A stretch of DNA of 64,000 nt from Squalus acanthias (Eukaryota): positions 113,896,001-113,960,000 of the forward strand of contig CM059432.1 of assembly GCA_030390025.1 (NCBI GenBank). Reading direction: 5' to 3'. The translations under genes were made by a program, and so were the position numbers. The notes under the pieces are model-generated. The model was given only the letters and a program-made list of their open reading frames with translations, was not told where the DNA came from and searched no databases. Positions 11,200-23,680 of this stretch are shown here, in pieces. Position 1 is the stretch's first letter, and each line of letters opens with the position of its first letter.

Positions 11200-13170
11200 T
11201 TCCTCAGACGTTCACTTTCAACTAAAGTTTGAGGTAGCCGAATCCTAAAGATGCTTAATTGGGTCTAAAGGTCCAGACTATCTCTCCCTAAAGGAAAGGA
11301 ACAACCTGAAGATGTTACCGTCCTCCAGATAGCACTTTTAATAAGTTTAGCTAGACTGTAACGTTCCGGATATTATGAGGGTCCGGATAACTCCCTCAGA
11401 ATTTTGCAACTCCTCACCAAAGAGTGTACAGAGATTGAGTTTGCGAGTTTGATACAGAAGTATTGGGGCAGAAATTCAGGTCTCCACGGGTGAGTACGCG
11501 CTGTGTACTCACCCATAGGGCCACCGGAAGTGTCGGTTTCACGCATGCACTGTGCATGCATGGGAAACCGGAACTTCTGGTCTCGTGAAAGAAGGGGTTC
11601 GAGGGTCAACTGCGTGCGCGGGAGAGGCAGCGCGCACGCAGCGAACTTCCGTTTTATTTCAGGTTTTGGAGTGAGGGTAAGTATGGAGAAGCTGCGTGGG
11701 AAAAAAGGAGGCGCAAGGCCTGCTTTTAACAAGGTAAGTGGTGAATTAAATACAATTTAAACATTTTTTCAACAGGTTTATCTTTTTTACATACTTTAAA
11801 GAAAGGTAAGTTTATTTTTAGCACCATTAAAAAGTGTAATTAATTTTTTCAAAAATTTAAATTTTTGTTTAAAGTAGTTAATTTATGTAAGTTATAGTTA
11901 CTTTAAAAATGTGATTTTTAAAAAAATGTATTTGAAGTTTTAGTTAGGTTTTGGGGCCGATCTCTATTCATAGATATGACAGGTCTTCCTGTCAAAATCT
12001 ATGAATGGAGATTCCCTGCTCCGATTGGCTCTCCATGGCCCACGTGATCCCAGGGGACGCATCGAACTAACTGCGCCCCTGGGATACGCAAGCACTGCGC
12101 GCCGGCAGCTGCAGGAGGCCCAGGAGCCGAAGTCCATGCGGGCCCGAAGCACAACGGCAGGCGCGATAGGTAAGTACGCGTGCGATCCTTGCACCCGCGG
12201 GAAGCCGGAGAGCCAAATTTCTGACCCATTATGTGAGACAATTCTAAAAATATATAGATTTATTAAAGAACCGACATGTAATTACAGTAGGTGTTTCAAT
12301 CGCGACATTAACAGTTCCAAAAAGAGTAAGCTTACAATTCTTATTATCAGATCTTAACTTCGCTACAGTTTTATTACAGTTCTTAGTCTTATTCCAGGAT
12401 ATCCACCAAAATCAAATACAGTACAGTATCTTGATCCCCGAGGTACAAAGAGTTGTAGACTTACAGAGCCGCTTCTGAAGCCTGAGAATCGCTTTGACAC
12501 TTTACAGCGAGACTATCATCCCATTTGAAAGTTCAATATTTATATCCTTTTTCAGTGGTATTTCCTTTGAGGTTTTCTGCTGATGTAAGCTAATTATCTC
12601 TAGTCATTTTTCTGCTGACCCCTGCTATTCTTACAGTTAGATCATCTGGTAGCATTAAGAATTATGTCTCTACCCTAGGTGTTCCAAGCCCACCATAAAA
12701 AACGGTATAACAGCAGGTGCATCTATTTGATGTCATTTTTACGAAGGCATATGTTTCTGCTTCTTTACGAAGTGTAATTTAGAACACCTTAACAGGGTGT
12801 ACCATTGTCTTTTTTCCAAAGATTCAGACGTCAGGAGCCTCCAACCTCCTGTTTCAATAAGGTTATTGATTCAGTGTCAACAACTTATCTTATCTCTATT
12901 ACCAGAATGCTGTAACAGTTTTAGATTGTTGAGGCTTCCAGATTTCCAGACCTAGTTTGTCATGTTTTAATAAGGCCAGAATTCTTTCATAGAATGGTGT
13001 ATTTTTCTGAATAGGTATATGGCTTATTCCTTCACAGGCAGCAGAAATTGTATGTCCTGCGTTGCTGGTTCACCCCATTATTGATGTGGCAGCCTGCTCA
13101 GAAGAGCTTTTCAGAAAATTTGGCCTTGGCTGTTCCAAAATCCCTCTAAGGAACGGGGGTCAGTATAAAT
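11200..13170 (-). pseudogene. Second, divergent Mononegavirales L-like relic (capping/PRNTase region), split by a MITE
   Basis: Long, mostly in-frame reading with few stops: SIMG; IFGKKTMVHP; YGGLGT at 12680-12697 (YxGxxT); TAG at the expected W spacing; NKSIYF*NCL (FQ motif); VH..SC..LREL. The frame continues once the MITE and one TSD are removed. No intact HR motif. Confidence 0.5.
11465..12227. mobile_element. Harbinger-type MITE (same family as 37110-37875)
   Basis: TIR GGG(G/T)CAGAAATT and TSD ATT/ATT. Near-identical to 37110-37875. Confidence 0.9.
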
Positions 13171-13315
13171 AAGATATTACAGAGAACGAGAATGGCATGC
13201 AAAGAGCAACACAAAAGGACACCAAGAGAGAGTTGGATAAATTTACTGGCTGCCTTGACATTTTTTTCTATTATATCGCCTCGTAGTTCAGCCAAATACC
13301 ACACTCAGTCAATTA

Positions 13316-14480
13316 AATGCATCTTTTTTTCCAATATCTAAAACAAATGCTTTCAGGAACTCATAATCCTCTTACTCAATTTGTGCTTTTTAATATGTAT
13401 GGAATTGTTAAGCAATGTAATGTTAGCTGGTTGCATAATTCAACCTAATAATACTAGACTTTAAGTATGCAATTACAAAGTATAATTTGCCCTATCATGT
13501 CCAAGTTAAGATGCAGCTGAAAGATACAAGGATCTGAAAGGCAGTCAACTTTTTTTTAAGTTAATTGGCTTTTGAAATGCAATGCTTCATAATGTTCTAA
13601 ATTGATATGTATAAATCACATATAAATCAAAGCCATAATTCAGCATTTTTTGGCATCAAATTGCCAGTCCCGTTTGGTGAAGCCACAGTATGGCTTCTGT
13701 AAGGACTGCAAATGATAAATTGGTGCTGTAGCTAGTGCTGTTCTAAGGTTGAGGTTAAGATATGTTGAGCAAGAGTAAAGGGGGATGATTATGAGGCCTC
13801 CCACCTGGTGAAAGATGGGTGGTTGCACCTGGAAAAGGTGGGGGATGACTTGCTGCCCCATTCCTATGTATTGAATGATGTGGTGAGTGCCCCTTCTTTC
13901 CTGTGATGAACCAGAACCGAATCACCTTGTTCAATTTTCAATGCTTAGTTCCACATTGGTACTGTGCATTGATCTGCATTGTCTCTTAACCTGGTCTACA
14001 AGCTGCTATGTTGTAACCTTTGCACATGGAGCTGCCACACTCTTACCTGGTCCGAATGTTTCTTACTATTCTGGAACAGTTGCTGGTCAAGAACCGCACA
14101 GTGGTAATGTTGAAGAACAATGGGATACATTTTCATCTGATGTAAAGACAAAATTTACCTCAATAACTTTATTAACAGGTGATCCAAAGTAGGTCTGGAT
14201 TACCTTACTCCACATTACAGCTACAGGTTAAGTTCTCAGCATATTACAGTGCAAATTCTTCATAGGCTATCATGTACCTTACACTTCACAAAGTTACACA
14301 TTGTTCAGTACCTCCCAGTACTGCAAGGACTTGACTAGCCCCATTTTACTTACTGGTCTTAAGTACACAGATTATTCCTTCTGATCTATGGCATGGTGTT
14401 TAGGCTCAGTGGCTAGACCCCTCATTGAAAGTGGCCGAGTACAGAAGGCTGGCTTCCCTGGTCTGGCTGTTCTCTTTGCT
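13316..14480 (+). pseudogene. Paramyxovirus-like attachment protein (HN-type) gene relic, N-terminal half
   Basis: Type II anchor-like FVLLICMELLSNVMLAGCII at about 13380-13440. ORF 13887..14192 contains LLPGPNVSYYSGTVAG...SGNVEEQWDTFSSDVKT (cf. respirovirus HN LLPGPSLLSGSTTISG...SLSIGEAIYAYSSNLIT). Then HITATG. Confidence 0.7.
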
Positions 14481-14589
14481 GCTCCCAGATGCTCTTTAAC
14501 AAGCCTCTCATGGCTTCCTTCAGGTTTCTCTCCCTCTTTGAGCTAATCTCAGGACTCGCTTCCTCTCTCAACTCCCCAAGGTCTCTGAC

Positions 14590-16640
14590 CTTCTCTGAGT
14601 GGCTCAGGGCTCTCTCTTACTCTCTCTTTCTCTCTCTCTCTCTCCTATCTCTCCTCTCTCTCTCTCCTTTCTTTCTCACTCTCTGTCCCTCTCTCTCCTC
14701 TCTCCTCTCTCTCTCTCACTCTCTCTCTCTCACTCTCTCTATCTCTCTCTCTCACTCTCTCTGAGTTGCTCAGGGCTCTCTTTCTGTCTCTCTCTCTCCC
14801 TCTCTCTGCCTCTCTCTGAGTTGCTCAGGGCTCTCTCTCTTTCTGTCTCTCTTTCACTCTCTCTCTCTCTCTATCTCTCGCTCTCTCTCTCTAGGTTGCT
14901 CAGGGTTCTCCCTCTCTCTCTCTCTCTCTCTCACACACACTCCCATTTTCTCTCTCACACACACACACACTCCCTCTCTCTCTATCTCTCTCTCTCCCTC
15001 TCTATCTCACTCCTTTTTAAAATTTATTTATCGGATGTGGGCTTCGCTGCAAGGCCAGCATTTATTGCCCATCCCTAATTGTCCTTGAGAAGGTGGTGGT
15101 GAGCTGCCTTCTTGAACCGCTGCAGCCCGTGTGGTGAAGGTACTCCCACAGTGCTGTTAGGGAGGGAGTTCCAGGATTTTGACCCAGCGACGATGAAGGA
15201 TCGGTGATATACTTCTAAGTCAGGATGGTGTGTGACTTGGAGGGGAACTTGGAGGTGTTGGTGTTCCCATGCGCCTGCTGCCCTTGTCCTTCTAGGTGGG
15301 AGAGGTCGCGGGTTTGAGAGGTGCTGCCGAAGAAGCCTTGGCGAGTTGCTGCAGTGCATCTTGTAGATGGAACACACTGGAGCCACGGTACGCCGGTGGT
15401 GGAGGGAGTGAATGTTTAAGGTGGTGGATGGGGTGCCAATCAAGCGGGCTGCTTTGTCCTGGATGGTGTCGAGCTTCTTGAGTGTTGTTGGAGCTGCACT
15501 CATCCAGGCAAGTGGAGAGTATGCCATCACACTCCTTACTTGTGCCTTGTAGATGGTGGAAAGGCTTTGGGGAATCAGGAGGTGAGACACTCGCCACAGA
15601 ATACCCAGCCTCTGACCTGCTCTTGTTGCCACAGCATTTATGTGGCTGGTCCAGTTAAGTTTCTGGTCAATGGTGACCCCCAGGATGTTAAAGGAGGGGG
15701 ATCCGGCGATGGTAATGCCGTTGAATGTCAAGGGGAGGTGGTTAGACTCTCGCTTGTTGGATATAGTCATTGCCTGGCACTTGTGTGGCGTGAATGTTGC
15801 CTGTCACTTATCAGCACAGGTTCTTGTTGCATGCGGGCATGGACTGCTTCATTATCTGAGGAGTTGTGAATGGCACTGAACACTGTGCAGTCATTAGCAA
15901 ACATCTCCATTTCTGACCTTATGTTGGAGGGAAGGTCATTGATGAAGCAGCTGAAGATGGTTGGGCCTAGGACACTAACCTGAGGAACACCTGCAGCGAT
16001 GTCCTGGGGCTGTGATGATTGATCTTCAACCACCACAACCACCTTCCTTTGTGCTAGGTATGACTCCAGGCAGTGGAGAGTTTTCCCCCCAATTCCCATT
16101 GACTTCAGTTTTACTAGGGCTCCTTGATGCCACATTCGGTCAAATGTTGCCTTGATGTCAAGGGCAGTCACTCTCACCTCACCTCTGGAATTCAGCTCTT
16201 TTGTCCATGTTTGGACCAAGGCTGAGTTGCTCAGGGGCTCTCTCTCTCTCTATCTGCCTCTATCCATCTATCTCTCTCTCTCTCTCTATCTGCTTCTATC
16301 CATCTATCTCTCTCTCTCTCTCTGTCTCTCTCTCTCTCTCTCACTCCGCTCTCTCTCTCCCCTCTCTCTCTCTCTCTCGCTCTCTGAGTTACTCAGGGCT
16401 CTCTCTCTGTCTCCCTCTCTCCCTCTCTCTCACACTCCCTCTCTCTCTATCCTTCTCTCTCTCTCTATCCATCTCTCCCTCTCTCCCTCTCTCTATCCTC
16501 TCCTTCTGTCTGTCTCTCGCTCTCTCTAAGTTGCTCAGGGTCTCGCTCTCTCTCTCTCGCTCTCTCTCTCCCTCTCTCTCTCTCTCCTCTCCCTCTCTCT
16601 CTCTGTCTCTCTCTCTCTATCTCTCTCTCTCTCTGAGTTG
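14590..16640. repeat. Compound (CT)n array punctuated by GAGTTGCTCAGGGC units, interrupted by a LINE; resumes at about 21746-22010
   Basis: Direct inspection. The Ser/Leu-rich ORFs over it are artefacts. Confidence 0.9.
15012..16222 (-). mobile_element. LINE 3' fragment, same family as 4298-6092
   Basis: ORFs 15075..15770 and 15767..16219 are near-identical to the 4369-5779 proteins. Confidence 0.9.
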
Positions 16641-16644
16641 GTCA

Positions 16645-17960
16645 GCGAATGGTGAGAGAGGGAAACCAGGGAATTATAGACCAGTTAGCCTAACATCTGT
16701 TGTCAGGATATTACTAGAGTCGATAATTAAGGATAGGGCGACTGAACACCTTGAAAATTTTCAGTTGATCAGAGAGCGCCAGCATGCATTTGTGAAAGGT
16801 AGGTCATGCCTGGTGAACCTGATTACATTTTTTTGAAGAGGTGACTAAGGTAGTGGACAGAGGAATGTCTATGGATGTTATTTATATGGACTTCCAGAAG
16901 GCATTTGATAAAGTCCCACATAAGAGACTGTTAACTGAGGTTGATGCCCATGGAATTGAAGGCAAATTATTGACCTGGTTAGGAAATAGGCTGAGCAGCA
17001 GGAGACAGGCAGTAGGGATAATGGGCAGGTACTGTAATTGGCAGAATGTGACTAGTGGTGTCCCGCAGGGATCTGTGTTGGGGCATCAACTATTCACAAT
17101 ATTTATTAACGACTTAGATGATGGGATAGAAAGCCACATATCCAAATTTGCTGATGACACAAAGATAGGCAGCATTGTAGGCAGTGTCGATGAAAGCATA
17201 AAATTACAAAGGAATATTGATTGATTAAGTGAATGGGTAAAACTGTGGCAAATGAATTTCAATGTAAGCAAATGTGAGGTCATCCACTTTGGACCTAAAA
17301 AAGATAGAACAGGGTACTTTTTAAATGGTGAAAAGCTAAAAACAGTAGAGGTCCAAAGAGACTTGGGGGTTCAGGTACATAGATCATTAAAATGTCATGA
17401 ACAGGTAGAGAAAATAATCAAAAAGACTAATGGAATGCTGGCCTTTATATCTGGAGGACTAGAATACAAGGGGGTAGAAGTTATGCTGCAGCTATACAAA
17501 ACCCTGGTCAGACCACACCTGGAGTACTGTGAGCAGTTCTGGGCACCACACCTTAGGAAGGATATATTGGCCTTGGAGGGAGTGCAGCGTAGGTCTAACA
17601 GAATGATACCCGACTCCAAGGGTTAAGTTACGAGGAGAGATTACAAAAATTAGGGTTGTATTCCCTAGAATTTATAAGGTTCAGGGGTGATCTGATCAAA
17701 ATTTTCAAGATATTAAGGGGAACAGATAGGGTAGATAGAGAGAAACTATTTCAGCTGGTTGGAGAGTCTAGGACAAGGGGGCATAGTCTAAAAATTAGTG
17801 CCAGACCTTTCAGGAGTGAAATTAGGAAACACTTCCACACACAAAGGGTGGTAGAAGTTTGGAATTCTCTTCCGCAAATGGCAATTGATGCTAGATTAAT
17901 TGTTAATTTTAAATCGGAGATTGATAGCTTTCTGTTAACCAAAGGTATTAAGGGATATGG
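16645..17960 (+). mobile_element. CR1 LINE RT fragment
   Basis: NYRPVSLTS, YMDFQKAFDKVPH, GVPQGSVLG and KFADD in ORFs spanning 16201-18030. Confidence 0.9.
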
Positions 17961-17962
17961 GC

Positions 17963-19774
17963 CTCTTCCCTTCCAATGGACGGAGGAAGCCTCCTCAGCA
18001 CACAAAGGCAGCCTGGCTGTAAATTGCTGAGGAGGTCAGTACAAGGTCGGTGTATACACGCACCTGGGTGCAATGTAGGAAAAGGTTCAATGATCTGATG
18101 CGCTCAGCAAAAGTGAGTATAACATCACACTTACCTTCAATCTGCTTCCCATCTCCTCTCATTCCCATCACTCTGCATTGGCAACCTACTCCTGCACATC
18201 CCAACTCACCCTAACATCCCTTGCACCCTCACCCATACCTCTCTCTCTATGTACAGAATCACTTCACCATTCTACTATGCACCCCTCACACTCGCTCTCA
18301 CTGTTATGCAATGACAACAACTAACAATGCACAGGGAGGCACCTTGGTATTGGCACCTCACTCCATCTTTGTCTCCCTCTAAATATCTATGTTATCCATT
18401 CTTTACACTCTCTCCATCAATCTCGCTGAAACTCCACTTGTCTCCCTTATTGCAGGAAAAGAGCCCACAATAAGAGGGAGAGAGCGAGAACAGGAGGAGG
18501 CCCACCATCCCTGGCACATCTAACGCACGCTGAGGAGGCTGCTCACGACATCGTCGGAGGTGCAGAGGAGCTGAAAGTGGGGGACGGAGAGACGGGCGCA
18601 GTAGAGCAAGCTGGTGACAGAATTGATTTGCAACCCTATGATTTTGCTTTCATGAGTGACTGATATGACATCTGATGATCATAGAAATTGAGTTCTGATC
18701 ATCTGCACAATAGGATGTGTCTGCTACCTAAATATCACATGTCGAACTCATGCCTTTACTCCCCCACAGGACCATCGAGAGCCCCCCTCCCCACTGTCCA
18801 TGAGGAAGAGCCGGAGGACTCCTCAGAGGAACCTGGAGCCTCTGAGGGAGCAGCGCCAGCAGAAATCAGCGCACCCAGCTTCAGCACAGAGATGCACACC
18901 TCGGTGGGTAGTTTGCAAGATAGATTAATGTTGTCACCTGGTGTATCACAGCTCACAAGTGAGCATGAGCAGATGGTGGAGACAGGGACAACAGTGGAGA
19001 GTCCTCGTCGGAGGCCGCAGGACTCTCCTAGCTCTGCTTAGCTGCATGTAGAAGCTGTGCCTCTGGGGCCATCCAGAAAGAGAGCGGTGCTGGAGCTTTA
19101 GGAACAAGTGTAGGAGGCTCTGACTGGGTTTGCAATCACAGTAACTACAAGTGTGCAGAGAATGGAGGAGTCCATCTCAAACATGAGCAATGCCGTGGTG
19201 CACGCAATGGCGAATGTAGGTGCCGCCATGGAAAGGATGGCAACCTCCATGGAGGACATAAATCGCCAGACTCAAGAGAACATGGTAACACTTCTAAATA
19301 GATGGTCATCTATGGAGGATAGATGGGCATCTATTGAGGAGAGAAACCAGAGGTTCATGGACATCCTTGTTATGAGGAATGTCAGCACAGAAATGGGTCC
19401 TCATGGCCCCACTGATGTGCAGCAAGTTGCTCTCCAGCTACTTGCTAGCAGTGACGTGCAGGTGACCCATGAGAGGGATGGTGGTGGTCAACAACAAGGA
19501 AGTGGGGGCTCCTCTCCAAGTGCTCACACTCCTATGCCACTGTGGAGCCCTTGGTCAGAGCCCCAGATGCCTCACCCAACTGAGATGGCCATCTCTGCCC
19601 CTGCACAGCCGCAGGAGGGTCAGACTTTTGCGGAGCCCTCCAAGGCTTCCAAACCCAGAGGGTGACCGCCAAAGGCGTCTAAGCAGGTGCAGCAGGGAAG
19701 TGAGCATGCTGCCTCTGCATCTGCTGAAGCCACAGGGGAAGCACCACGTAGAAGCACGCGTAAGAGAAAGCTAA
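17963..19774 (+). pseudogene. Harbinger Myb/SANT-like DNA-binding gene, three exons, degraded
   Basis: AWL*IAEEVS...RTWVQCRKRFNDL followed by a GTGAGT donor (about 18113). Exon 2 encodes AHNKRERARTGGG from about 18456. Exon 3 starts at about 18770. Confidence 0.8.
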
Positions 19775-20109
19775 AACACAAATAGTCAAAAGGGTAGTCA
19801 CTTAGGTGATTTCATATTATACCAATTTAAATTTGTGATCTTTATTTCTAGTGTATAAAAGTAATGTGATGTCAATGATTCAATGCATTGCCCTATGTGT
19901 GCTCAGAATTGGAAGTGGCACAGTGAGGGGTGAGAGCGCCTTTCATCTGCAGTGATGTTGGGGAGAGTGATAGGAATGCACAGTTCATTGTACAGATGCT
20001 GTATTGTGTGAAATGGAGGTCCTGCCAACCCTCGTGTGCATGTGCCAGCCACATGTATGTACAGCGTAAAGTTACGCGAACCTGGCATGGATTAGTCCAT
20101 CCTTTGCCT

Positions 20110-21210
20110 CACTGCCAGCAATGAGGTCGCGTGCTGGTAGCACTGGGACAGCGCCTCCACCAGGTGTTCCTCATCTGCAGCCTCATTCGGCTCTTCCTCC
20201 TCCTCCTCTTCCGAGGAGGCTGTGTGCTAAGCCACTTGTTCCTCAGGCAGCGGTAAGCCACGCTGCTGTGCGATGTTGTGCAGGGCACAGCAGACCACGA
20301 TGATTCGGAAGACCCTGTCTGTTGAGTACTGTAGGGCTCCACCAGATCTGTACAGGCATCTGAAGCACATTTTGAGCAAGCCGATGGTTTTCAGGGGATA
20401 GCCCTTGTCTCCAAGTAGCCATCCGGAAAGTTGGGTTGGCGGATTGAAGAGCTGAGGCACAGTGGACTGCCACAGGATGTACGAGCCATGGCAGCTGCCA
20501 GGGAACTTTGCGCACACATGCATAATGTTCTTCCTGTGGTTATACACCAGCTGCACGTTAAGGGAGTGGAAGCCCTTGCGGTTCACAAATACAGCTGGGT
20601 TGTGATGGGGTGCCCTGATGGCCACATGTGTGCAGTCACTGACGCCCTGCACCCTTGGCAAGCCTGCCATATTGGCAAACACAACCGCCCGCGTGGTAAC
20701 ACTTGCTTCATCCGTTGAGAAGTGGATGTAATTGGCCGACTTGCCAAACAGGGCATCGGTAACCTGCGTTATGCATCTGTGTGCGGCCGACTGGGAGATG
20801 CTGCTGATGTCTGCAGATGATCCCTGGAAGGACCCTGAAGCAAAGAAGTTGAGTGCGGTGATGACTTTGACAGCCACTGGTAAGTGTCCACCCGCTCCTC
20901 TGGACTCCAGGTCTTGGTGCAGCATTGTGCAGATGTCAGCGACTACCTCTCGCGAAAGTCTCAGCCTCCTTTGGCACTGCTGCTCACTCATGTTGAGGAA
21001 GCTCATCCTCAGCCTGTAAACCCTGTGTTGGGGGTATCTCCTGCGGCGAAGTGCAGCCCTGCGCTGATGGCCTCTGCCCTGTGCAGCATCAGGTGGCTGA
21101 GGAGAAGGTTGGCGCTCTTGTTGTTGGTGCTGCTGGTGTGCCTGGTTCTGCCGCGGCTGCGCGACCTCCGAATCTGAGGACCAGGATGAGAGAGTATAAA
21201 TGGTTCCCAT
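20110..21210 (-). pseudogene. Harbinger DDE transposase (HARBI1-like), degraded
   Basis: ORF 20227..21258: [35 protein letters not shown]. Internal deletion. Confidence 0.9.
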
Positions 21211-22079
21211 TCTGCTGGTAAAAATGTCACTTGAGGATGAAATGTTATAAGCGCTCAATCAATGTGGAGAGAGGTTATTCCAAGGAGGTCACAGTGCATA
21301 TAGATCTCACAACACACACTTACAACCTCAATACACCTGAAAAATGTCTTCCAAATCCTGAAATCAGAAAGTTCTGGCTTTTGAAATTGAACTGGTGTGG
21401 CAGGTTAGCTTTAATGCTGCACTTGCAGCTGTGAACTATTCAGCTTGTTGGAACACCTGATACAATCAGCTGGCGTGTTTCTGGAACACCGTGGAACATG
21501 CTGAAAATGTGGCAAAATTGAAAAGCCCTCTCAAAATAGCATTAAACAGGTAGTTAACAAGCACTACCTTAACTGCATCTCCCGCCACTTAGTGTCAGGT
21601 CTGATCAGGAGTCGCAGACCCGACACCTTGGAAAGTCGCGTGGAGGCGGGTTCGCGGCGGGTTCGCAACCCGCCATCAATCATTTTGGATTTAACTCCTG
21701 ACCCGCCTGCAAACCCGCCCTCTGAGCGCTGGCAAAATCGCGGCCTCTGTGTCTCCTTCTCTCTGAGTTGCTTTCTGATTTCTTCCGCTCACTTTGAGGT
21801 CTCCTCAGGACTCTTTTCTTCTCTGTGCTACTTCTCAGAGCTCTCTGTACCTCACTGTCTGGGCTACTCAGTCTTGCCTTGCTCCTGGTTCCTACCCTCC
21901 AGCACTCACCTTTATTCCCTTTACTCTCTCATACACCCCTCCCTTTACTCTCTCATACACCCCTCCCTCCCCCTCCCCCTCTCTCTCTGCTTGAACTTTT
22001 ATAGTTTCCTTTCCTGTGTTCACTTTTCCCACTCTCTGGGGTAAAGACCCAGACACCAAGCCCTGCATTGTTTTATTCA

Positions 22080-22960
22080 CACGCTCATTTTCCAGTGCTC
22101 TGAAGATGTGCAGTAGCTGGCTCTGCCCCTGCTCAACTGTTCACTGCTGACTTTTCCTCATACCAGCTTTTCAAAAAGATGTAGCTCAGCCACTCATGCT
22201 GCCTACAGAGAATGCTGCAATGTGCTCCATTTGGTCCGACACAAACCCACCAATACAACATAACCTGTTTGATCTGTTGGCACAGGAAGATAGAATCAGC
22301 TTTTGTCCGAAAATAATGTGTGATTTTCACTTTGATTTTCTCCCCTCCTCACCTGAAGGCAGTGATCTAAGTATGGCTCCTTGGGAGCAGACCAATCGAC
22401 AGTATCTCACTCCAAGGAGCTATTCTTCAGGTGTGGCCCTGGACATTGATTCCCAGAAAGATGCCCAACCATGGAGGCATCCAACCCTGTTCTCACCCAA
22501 CAGCCACACAGCAGGAGTCACTGAATAGTAATTCAGGAGCAGGAGCCCTGGCTGTTTTATTTTCCCTTTCTAGCCCAGGATGCTATTACCCTGGGAGAGG
22601 TCAAATGATGCAGCACTGAATGGAATTGAACTTGGGACTAAAAGTTCTGCTGGAGTTTTACCAGTGGTGTCATCAGGTGTTGCTTGGTTCATTCCCAAAA
22701 CAGTAGAGTTCCTGTTTCCTCAACTTTGGTTCTACACGTCGGCGATAACAGAAAGAGCTTTGTGGTTTTGTTCATAAAATGCCGGACATCAGCATTGACT
22801 TGGAGCTAATATAGGCTGAAGATTTGCTCCCTCTGCAGTATATAACAAAATAAAGAAGGGTTTATAATGTTGCTACATGTAGCACACACAGGAAAGCTTC
22901 CCTATGGTGTTTTTACTGTGAAGACCAAGGTAATGAATGAAGCCGTTAAATTAATGCTGT
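22080..22960 (+). pseudogene. Paramyxovirus-like HN gene relic, C-terminal half
   Basis: LAQEDRI (cf. LGAEGRL); LPVVSSGV (cf. CP..C.SGV); VYNVATCSTHRKASLWCFYCE at about 22860-22922 (cf. [21 protein letters not shown]). About 22340-22640 is probably an unrelated repeat. Confidence 0.65.
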
Positions 22961-23200
22961 CCAATGCGGAACATTGTTCATTTTTATTTCTTGGAATTTA
23001 CCGTTTTGTCCAACGGTAGACTATTGTGTTCGCTGTGGAGATTTAACTGTTTCTGCCTTAGGATGTCAAGTATTCATCAGTTCCAACTAGTTACACGTTA
23101 TTACAGACATGCTCATTCATTAGGTTTACACTTACTCAGTATTCTATCATCACAGTGGTGTCCAGCATGACTACTTCAACCATTGATTGCCAAGGTTAGG

Positions 23201-23210
23201 TTACAAAAAA
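23201..23210 (+). promoter_or_regulatory. Candidate viral gene-end signal between the HN-like and L-like relics
   Basis: TTACAAAAAA resembles the paramyxovirus TTAnAAAAA gene end and lies in the expected position. It is short and could be chance. Confidence 0.35.
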
Positions 23211-23249
23211 TGCTGTTCAACGTGAATTAGGATCTGTGCCTTTACTATT

Positions 23250-23680
23250 CCCTGACAGCAACTTTTTTACTCCATCTTGCTTTGAGCACCATCCCATTTG
23301 GACACCTGGCTTGTGTTCATCATGCAAGACTATCTGGTGGGTACAAAGCAGATACAAATGGGGAGCGTGCATGTGATGTACCTGGAGCAGGAGTGAGTAT
23401 GGGACTCCCATGTAAAGGGAGGGTGTAATGGCACCTCCCACCGCCTCATTTGGGTCTCAGCACATCCGGTAGAGGCTGAATTGCAGCAACGGCCAGGGAG
23501 AAATGGGCATGAGGCCCAGCTCCCAGCCCCACTCAGACAGGATCTGAGAAGAGCCAGGTAGCAAGAAAATTAAACCAGGAAAAAGGCACCTGGCACCATC
23601 TCTGGGGCTGGAGGCCCTCAGGCTGTTGTTTTTACATTACAGCCGGTGGCCATTACCCCTGCCACAGAGTTCAGGGATCT
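23250..23680 (+). pseudogene. Paramyxovirus-like L relic, N-terminus
   Basis: SILL*APSHLDTWLV at about 23270-23315 (cf. ILYPE.HLDSPIV). Confidence 0.5.

Larger units (their letters stand above)
17961..21745. mobile_element. Harbinger transposon, left end lost, two convergent genes
   Basis: Right TIR CAAAATCGCGGCC ends at 21745. Transposase on -, Myb gene on +. Confidence 0.85.

Noticed and set aside
12675..12700. GGLG read as a non-LTR retrotransposon thumb motif
   Set aside because: No accompanying RT motifs. The surrounding spacing fits an L capping domain better.
14047..14136. 90-nt exon-like segment on the - strand (AG...GTAAGA, open frame)
   Set aside because: No recognisable product or partner exons. 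The opposite strand has the stronger HN-like match.
14489..16640. Ser/Leu-rich ORFs (14489..14764, 14599..15078, 16152..16529)
   Set aside because: Translations of the (CT)n microsatellite.
20227..21258. Host HARBI1 gene
   Set aside because: Lies within a transposon with a Myb partner and a terminal inverted repeat, carries deletions and substitutions, and has several paralogues in the window.
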